From Candidatus Peregrinibacteria bacterium (GTDB lineage: Bacteria; Patescibacteriota; Gracilibacteria; UM-FILTER-43-11), in contig JAUXDO010000002.1 of assembly GCA_030618315.1 (NCBI GenBank), forward strand, positions 1 through 33,713: a DNA stretch of 33,713 bases, given 5' to 3'. The position numbers and the translations under genes were made by a program. Under the pieces are notes generated by a model. It worked only from the letters and a program-made list of their open reading frames with translations, was not told the DNA's origin and did no database searches. This document shows, one piece after another, positions 27,810-33,713 of this stretch (position 1 is the first letter of the stretch; each line of letters opens with the position of its first letter).

Positions 27810-27965
27810 AGTCGACACTGTACGTTTATTGATAACCAAATCTGCCTGGTCCATCGTGGCGAACCCTATTTGTCGCGATTAATGCGTCTCGCTTTGCTGG
27901 ATGTAGAGCCAGCAATGGGTGAATTTTGAATATTTATATATTTTTGATATAATTGTTTATAAATA

Positions 27966-28424
27966 ATGCCCTTTAATAAAAAAATAAAAATGAATAATAA
28001 AATAGATAATTCGTTTTCAACCTCCTCGTCAGACAATCTTGGAAATTTTGATCATGCTCTAAGAAGTGGTTCGATGAGTGATATTCTTCCCAAACATGGC
28101 AATGGTTTTACATTTACAGCTCCGTATGGGATTGTCTCTGTTAAGCCAACTTCTGAAGCAATAGAGAAATTAATAGCTCTTATGAAAACATTTAATGTTT
28201 TTGAAAAAGACAATGAATCCATTCTGGATTGTTGGGTAAATCGTAAAGAATTGGAAGCTGGAGGCAATGTAAAGTGGGAATCCGGCCGTTATACGAGCAG
28301 GGCTGAAGATAAAATTACTTTGGAAGAGTGGATAGATGAGTCAAAAGTTGTTCCAATAAATAAAATGCAACAAAAAAGAAAGGAAATTGAAAACACTCTT
28401 GAGCATGTTAATCATGGCATTTAA
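27966..28424 (+). CDS. Hypothetical protein
   Basis: 152-aa ORF (alternative start 27990); TG-n-TATAAT upstream. Confidence 0.65.
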   Translation: MPFNKKIKMNNKIDNSFSTSSSDNLGNFDHALRSGSMSDILPKHGNGFTFTAPYGIVSVKPTSEAIEKLIALMKTFNVFEKDNESILDCWVNRKELEAGGNVKWESGRYTSRAEDKITLEEWIDESKVVPINKMQQKRKEIENTLEHVNHGI

Positions 28425-29725
28425 CCAAATACCAATAAGTTTGGATTGATAAGAAGAATTAATCCGAGTGCTACCATAATAGTACCGCCTATTAAATGAG
28501 ACGCGCGGGTGTATTTGTGAGTGGTAAGACCTATGCGATCAAAGCTATACATAGCAATACCAAATATAATCAAGTCATCGACCATGTACATAAATATATA
28601 CATTGCGTTGTACATTTGCTTTCCTGCCCATGTCAAACCGCCAATATCAAGAATTTTTGTGAATGTCTGAGGTATCCCGACAGAGCATGCGAATTCAATA
28701 ATATTTACTGAGAACGCAAGCATTAAAATCCCAAGCATGGTAATAATTGTCATTGGACCTGTTGCATATGCCTTAATTTTTTCGGATGTTCTGCGTTTAG
28801 ATTTCAAACTGCCGACTTTGCATGCAGTATCTTCTTTATAGAATTTATATAAGAAGAATAATCCCGCTGATATAGCTACCAGACCTACTATAGGGGTAAC
28901 AATTGCATCCATTCCTACAAAATCCCATGCAGTCATCCAAACGTTTAGGATGAGATAATACATAACAGCTTCTGCAAAAATGAATATTCCTGCCATCTGG
29001 AACATGCGCTTTCGTGAACCGGCTTCCATCAAAATTGTTAAAAAGAGGACTAGTACCCACATTGCACATGGATTGAAGCCATCAACAAATCCTAAAATAA
29101 CAGAGAGAATCGGTAGTGAATATTTTTGAACATCCACTGGACCGATGAATGGGACAGTAACCCAATAATTAACATCATCTATTGCACATCCGATTTCCTC
29201 TCCGTCGATATTACATGTACCGGCAGAGGTTTCAATATGACTGCTTCCGCCAGCTAAGATAAACTCCTCAAATGTATATTGGGTCTGGCCTTTGGCATTG
29301 TCTACCAATGCACGTATTTTTTTACCTGTTGTTTTTTCTGTATCAAATCCCTGAAGAACAATACTATCTATTATTGTAATTGGAGTAACTTTTGGTATAC
29401 CTTCGAGTTCTGTAAGTTCTAAAAAATGACCCTTATGAATAGGGTCACCTATGTCATGAAAAACAACAATCAAATCTCCTCTTTCTTTTTGTAATTGATT
29501 TAAGAATTTTTTTTCAGCACGGCAATGATTGCAATTATCTCTTTCAAAAATTTCAATACGTACTGTTTCAGAGGCTGGAACAACGCAGTTTTCAGCAATC
29601 TCTTCGGCTACAGAGTCATTTATTGTTTCGACAGATGTGTCTTCGGCAGAATAGGCAAAAGGAGTCATCCCGCTTAGCGTGACGACCCCGATTGTTAATA
29701 TGATTAGTAGATTTTTGAGTTTCAT
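28421..29725 (-). CDS. Exported glutaredoxin/thioredoxin-like domain fused to a CcdA/DsbD-like membrane domain
   Basis: Signal peptide, CNHC redox motif, VTP cis-Pro loop; multi-TM region with GFVDGFNPCAMWVL and NIIEFACSVGIP cysteines. Confidence 0.85.
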   Translation of the reverse strand: MKLKNLLIILTIGVVTLSGMTPFAYSAEDTSVETINDSVAEEIAENCVVPASETVRIEIFERDNCNHCRAEKKFLNQLQKERGDLIVVFHDIGDPIHKGHFLELTELEGIPKVTPITIIDSIVLQGFDTEKTTGKKIRALVDNAKGQTQYTFEEFILAGGSSHIETSAGTCNIDGEEIGCAIDDVNYWVTVPFIGPVDVQKYSLPILSVILGFVDGFNPCAMWVLVLFLTILMEAGSRKRMFQMAGIFIFAEAVMYYLILNVWMTAWDFVGMDAIVTPIVGLVAISAGLFFLYKFYKEDTACKVGSLKSKRRTSEKIKAYATGPMTIITMLGILMLAFSVNIIEFACSVGIPQTFTKILDIGGLTWAGKQMYNAMYIFMYMVDDLIIFGIAMYSFDRIGLTTHKYTRASHLIGGTIMVALGLILLINPNLLVFG

Positions 29726-29943
29726 GGTTCTGTTCGGTTACGAACGTGGGCCTGCTGTCGCGTGGGCCTGTTTGAGTACAAACGTGAGCCTGTCCTGATT
29801 ACAGGACGTGGTCCTATTTTTATTATGATTAGTTGTATTACTAATAACAATAAGATAGTACCACGCGAGTAATCTCGCAGGCCCACGGCGTTACTACGCC
29901 AGGTCCACACGAGGTAATCCGAGTAGACCCACGCAAAGCAGTA
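29726..29943 (-). repeat. Modular branched-hairpin intergenic element, copy B
   Basis: Four GTGGNNCT and five AGNNYCAY units separated by small hairpins; shares hairpins and 5' end with 20623-20824. Confidence 0.9.
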
Positions 29944-30663
29944 TTATTTAGCTAATTCCTCTTCAATTAAAGCTTCAAATGCAGCAAATGGCTGTGCGCC
30001 AGAAAGGAATCTTCCGTTTATAAAGAATGCAGGTGTACCTTGTACTCCGTAGCTTGAACCTTCCTTGGCATCAGCATCAACCTCGTCTGAGAACTTCTCT
30101 GAATCTAAACAATCTGCAATATCATAGCCCATATCGGATGCATACTTTTTTAAGCTGTCAGAATCAAGAGCTTGTGTATTTTCAAAAAGTTTGTCGTGGT
30201 ATTTCCAATAAGCCTCATCACCACCTAATTCATGTACACATTCTGTAGCCATTGCAGCAGGTTTTGCATTTTGATGAAATCCAAGAGGGAAATCACGGAA
30301 AACATATTTAACTTTTCCTGTATCTATGTATTTCTTTTGAATTTCTGTAAGCGTTTGATCTACATAACGTTTGCAGAATGGACATTGATACTCAGAAAAT
30401 TCGATAATTGTTACTGGTGCATTTGCATCGCCTTTAATGGCATCATCATCGATACTTACATCAATCGGTTCTGTTGGTGCAGGTGGCGGAGTGTTTTTCT
30501 CCTGTTGCTTCTTTACATAAGCTTCAATACTAACTTCAACTTTTTCATTAAAGTTTTCTTCTGCATGAAACTGAGCAGAACTAACTGTGGTGTAAACTGA
30601 AACAGCTAAAGCAATAACTGAAAGTGCAAGTGCAACAGATAAAAGTTTCTTATTATTAAGCAT
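29944..30663 (-). CDS. DsbA-family (BdbD-like) thiol-disulfide oxidoreductase
   Basis: N-terminal TM; GDANAPVTIIEFSEYQCPFC, RDFPL..H, GVQGTPAFFING, GAQP. Confidence 0.93.
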   Translation of the reverse strand: MLNNKKLLSVALALSVIALAVSVYTTVSSAQFHAEENFNEKVEVSIEAYVKKQQEKNTPPPAPTEPIDVSIDDDAIKGDANAPVTIIEFSEYQCPFCKRYVDQTLTEIQKKYIDTGKVKYVFRDFPLGFHQNAKPAAMATECVHELGGDEAYWKYHDKLFENTQALDSDSLKKYASDMGYDIADCLDSEKFSDEVDADAKEGSSYGVQGTPAFFINGRFLSGAQPFAAFEALIEEELAK

Positions 30664-30730
30664 AAATTATTTTTTTATTGAATAAATATTTGCTATTGAA
30701 TTTTACAGATTTTTAAAAAAAATACAAATT

Positions 30731-31006
30731 TTATTTGTTTTGAGCTATTTTTATTACTTTAAGCAATTCTTCTACCATTTCGTCTACTCTTTTTTTCCTG
30801 CCTTCTTTCACCGCATTCTTCACACAATTGTTCATATGCCCCTCTAAAAGAATTAAATTTGCGGATTTCAACAAACCGATTACAGCAAGATTTTGCTGGA
30901 TAATATCAATGCAATATCGATTGTCTTCCAACATTGTTACAACTTTTTCGAGCGAACTTTTGGCTTTTTTAAAGGCAATAAGTGCCTTGTCTATATTGTG
31001 TGCCAT
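30731..31006 (-). CDS. CsoR/RcnR-family metal-sensing transcriptional repressor
   Basis: MLEDNRYCIDIIQQ...LEGHMNNCV (Cys...His-x3-Cys); start placed at ATG 31006, downstream of the promoter/operator. Confidence 0.9.
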   Translation of the reverse strand: MAHNIDKALIAFKKAKSSLEKVVTMLEDNRYCIDIIQQNLAVIGLLKSANLILLEGHMNNCVKNAVKEGRKKRVDEMVEELLKVIKIAQNK

Positions 31007-31024
31007 AATTTTAATAAAAGAAGT

Positions 31025-31076
31025 ACCCATACCAGAGGTATAGGTGTATTATATTTGGATTAAAAATTAAAAGCAA
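31025..31076 (-). promoter_or_regulatory. sigma70 promoter with CsoR-type operator palindrome
   Basis: Minus strand TTGCTT(31076)-17-TATAAT(31048); immediately downstream acc.ATACC-aga-GGTAT.ggt inverted repeat (31025-31045). Confidence 0.7.
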
Positions 31077-31193
31077 ATATTGTTCAAAAAACTTAATTGA
31101 CAAAATGAACAAATCTTTATTAAAAAAATGTGGGTTTTATTTTAAAAAAAATAAAAAATTTGCATATAATAAGTAAGTATAGTATTTTTTTGG

Positions 31194-31304
31194 AAGTTAA
31201 AGATTTAACTTAGCAAAAAATAAAAAATAAAAGCTTCAATCAAAAGCTGGCAAATAACTTATTAATCAATAAGTCGCACAGATAAATGTGCGGTGCTTTG
31301 CTAA
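31194..31304 (+). promoter_or_regulatory. Multi-stem structured 5' leader candidate
   Basis: Stems ttagcaaa/tttgctaa enclosing agctt/aagct, acttatt/aataagt and cgcaca/tgtgcg; adjacent aagttaa/ttaactt. Confidence 0.5.
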
Positions 31305-31344
31305 ATATTTAACATTTTATTTTATTAAATTTTATTACTTAATT

Positions 31345-33713
31345 ATGAACAAACATATGACAATTCATAAAAAAATGTTTTTAATCGGTGCCATTGTTGC
31401 ACTGATAGGTGTTTCTTTTATAAGTTTCAAAACTTATCTACAAACACAGGCTATTGCTGTAATTACCCCATGTGCCATGGAAGATTATGGCAGCACTGGT
31501 AATGTTGATGTATGGAAAGACGGTTGTATAAAATATAACTGCTGTAGTGATTCGCTCGCTTGTTCCACCACATTACTTACCGATTCAAATGGAGCATGTA
31601 CCAATTGGATACTAGATGGTGCTGATAAAGAAACATGCGCAGACGTTATTTATAAGCATAAAAGCGTTTGTCCAAATCTTATTCCGTTTTCATCATCTCA
31701 GGGTTGTATACCCGGATTAAAATGTTTGACAAACGACGAATGTTTTGACGGCAAATGTGTAAATATCACCCCTCCAGCATGTGAGTATGCTGTAGATCTA
31801 GAACAAGATTCTTCTTTAACTTGTGAAACAATTATAAAGCTGAATCCATGTGCTAGTATTTACGGTATTGGGACTACAACCGAATGTATTGGCGTTTCTG
31901 ATCCTTACCCTACTAATACTAAAGTTGTTTGTACTGGTGACAATGTAACTGATGTATTTTGCAGTCTGTTCCAGGAAAATCTAGTAGATGCACTATTTAC
32001 ATTATCAAAACCATCTGAATGTAACTTTGTTCTTTCTCCAGACGTATCATGTTCTCAATTAGATAACTCTGGGATTTGCGATACATTATGGGGGCCAACA
32101 ACACAACAGGCCTGTAAAGAAGATGTAGTAAATGGAATAACTAATTTATTTTGTGTCGGTGATAATGTAGGCGAAAACAAATGTACTACACTACCTGCTA
32201 AAATTACAGACACTATATTTTATAATGCACAAGCAGGATCTTGCATATGCCCAGGTGGAGATGTTTGTGGTGACGGTCAGATCACTGGTAGTGAAGAATG
32301 TGATATAAAAGCTAACCCAACTGGTTGTAAAGACACACATGACTGTATTGAATGTCAATGTATAGAGGCACCAACTCCATCTTGTTCTAATTATAATTTA
32401 GTTGCGTTATGTAAAGGTTTATCGGATATAAGCTGTGAGAATTCTTATGTTGAGGCTCTTCCAAATGATTTTCGTATGTGTGACTTAATTTATGATTTAA
32501 TAGGGAACACATCCTGTGTTATAGGAACACGGACCTGTGAAATGCCTGTTTGCGAAGAAGGTGCAATTTGCCAGATAAACGACGAATGTTATGGAGGAAT
32601 TTGCGAAGGTGAAAAAGATTATAGGTGTAATTACACACTGATAGAAGGAATTACATGTGATAATTCATTGCTTATTGATGCCTGTGTTAAAATTTATGGA
32701 AGTGAAGTGGTCCAAACCTGTTCGGATGATACTCTTCCAGGTGATAAACTTGGTGCATTGCTTAGTTGCACAGGCCCTGATGTTTATGTAAATGCTCAGA
32801 ACTGCAAAGTGATTGATACATATGTAGTAGATGCTCTGTTGAATAAAGGTATAGCAGGAAGTTGTACTAAATGCCCTTCAGTTTGTACTGATAACGATGG
32901 AGATAAATATTATGCGCAAGATAATTGTGGAACACCTGTAGATTGTGATGATAATGATCCAAAAATACATCCTGATATTCTTGATTCAGGATGTGATAAT
33001 ATTGATAACAACTGTAATGGTCTTATAGACGAAGATTATCTTCCTTACACATGTGGAATTGAATTCTGTGAAAGTTTAAGCATATGTGAAAAAGGTCAAA
33101 CATCTTGTACGCCTTTAGATCCAGTTGCTTTTTATCCAGACTCCGATGGTGATGGCTTTGGTATAAAGAGTGAACCCATTTTAACCTGTTCCCCTATTAC
33201 CGGCTATGTAAGCAATGCAGATGATTGTGATGATAAGAATGCAAATATATATCCTGGTGCTCCTGATGTATGTAACGAATATGGCGTAATAGTAGACATG
33301 GGTTGTGGAGACGGTTATGACGATTTGAACTGTAATGAATACTGTAAGGATAACGATATGGATGGATATACAATTGATAAGATGCCGGAAGACTGGGATG
33401 GTAAATATAGCTCTACATGCCCTTGGGTTATAGGAAACGGCGATTGTAACGATAAGAATGCAAATATATATCCTGGTGCTCCCGATGTATGGGGCGACGG
33501 AATTGATACAAATTGTGACAATATTGTTTGTGGCGTCTACAATAAACAATATATAAAGGATGTAGCTTGTTCAGAAACACCTATTGTAGTAAATAACGAC
33601 GATGAGCTTGCTGCTTATTTGAAAGACTATGGTTATAACGGAATTACTTATTCTGGTCTACTTATTAAGTACCATGTAAATCAAACAAATATAGACATTC
33701 ATTCTCCATGTGA
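31345..33713 (+). CDS. Large secreted/anchored cysteine-rich repeat protein (partial, >789 aa; absent from ORF track)
   Basis: Hand translation open from ATG 31345 to the window end; N-terminal hydrophobic helix; CGDGQITGSEECD (myxobacterial Cys-repeat-like), DxDGDG and DCDDxxxxIxPGAxxxC (MopE-type putative metal-binding) motifs. Confidence 0.9.
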   Translation, partial: MNKHMTIHKKMFLIGAIVALIGVSFISFKTYLQTQAIAVITPCAMEDYGSTGNVDVWKDGCIKYNCCSDSLACSTTLLTDSNGACTNWILDGADKETCADVIYKHKSVCPNLIPFSSSQGCIPGLKCLTNDECFDGKCVNITPPACEYAVDLEQDSSLTCETIIKLNPCASIYGIGTTTECIGVSDPYPTNTKVVCTGDNVTDVFCSLFQENLVDALFTLSKPSECNFVLSPDVSCSQLDNSGICDTLWGPTTQQACKEDVVNGITNLFCVGDNVGENKCTTLPAKITDTIFYNAQAGSCICPGGDVCGDGQITGSEECDIKANPTGCKDTHDCIECQCIEAPTPSCSNYNLVALCKGLSDISCENSYVEALPNDFRMCDLIYDLIGNTSCVIGTRTCEMPVCEEGAICQINDECYGGICEGEKDYRCNYTLIEGITCDNSLLIDACVKIYGSEVVQTCSDDTLPGDKLGALLSCTGPDVYVNAQNCKVIDTYVVDALLNKGIAGSCTKCPSVCTDNDGDKYYAQDNCGTPVDCDDNDPKIHPDILDSGCDNIDNNCNGLIDEDYLPYTCGIEFCESLSICEKGQTSCTPLDPVAFYPDSDGDGFGIKSEPILTCSPITGYVSNADDCDDKNANIYPGAPDVCNEYGVIVDMGCGDGYDDLNCNEYCKDNDMDGYTIDKMPEDWDGKYSSTCPWVIGNGDCNDKNANIYPGAPDVWGDGIDTNCDNIVCGVYNKQYIKDVACSETPIVVNNDDELAAYLKDYGYNGITYSGLLIKYHVNQTNIDIHSPC

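Noticed and set aside
29722..29910. 62-aa ORF in the track
   Set aside because: Lies almost entirely within branched element copy B; GTG start, no protein features
480..30600. Numerous 60-120 aa ORFs nested in or antisense to long genes (e.g. 480..725, 12688..12987, 16853..17155, 20301..20576, 30232..30600)
   Set aside because: Overlap well-supported genes and show no motifs or independent expression signals
33223..33491. Diversity-generating retroelement TR/VR pair
   Set aside because: Only 50 nt, both copies in-frame in one repeat protein, mismatches not confined to adenines, and no reverse transcriptase in the window
33181..33549. Minus-strand ORFs 33181..33549 and 33315..33521
   Set aside because: Antisense shadows of the long plus-strand Cys-rich gene
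1..33713. Genetic code 25 (TGA=Gly) or other recoding
   Set aside because: ORFs of 938-2038 aa are uninterrupted under code 11 and coding density is already high

Overview
AT-rich bacterial chromosome segment in standard code 11. Start contexts mostly lack a Shine-Dalgarno sequence and many genes have near-consensus sigma70 promoters. Gene content suggests a Patescibacteria/CPR genome, possibly Peregrinibacteria-like (inference). Genes in order: alpha-2-macroglobulin-like protein lacking the thioester, radical SAM/SPASM enzyme followed by a lone attC-like site, PP2C phosphatase, secreted/lipoprotein orphans, SMR transporter, VirD4/TraG-like ATPase, miaB, Fic, GT4 glycosyltransferase, HhH protein, patatin, tsaB, an Amidase_2-Ig-SpoIID fusion, and a csoR-dsbA-thioredoxin/CcdA-like cluster. 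A >789-aa Cys-rich secreted protein missed by the ORF track runs off the right end. The most striking signal is non-coding. Two homologous ~200-220 nt modular elements (20623-20824 +, 29726-29943 -) each fill an entire stop-to-start gap. Each is built from 8-nt stem units alternating with small tetraloop hairpins, predicting stacked four-way junctions, with compensatory changes between the copies. Simpler arrays with the same logic precede miaB and tsaB, and GC-rich palindromes sit in-frame inside several proteins. No tRNA, rRNA, CRISPR array, transposase, integrase or reverse transcriptase was recognised.
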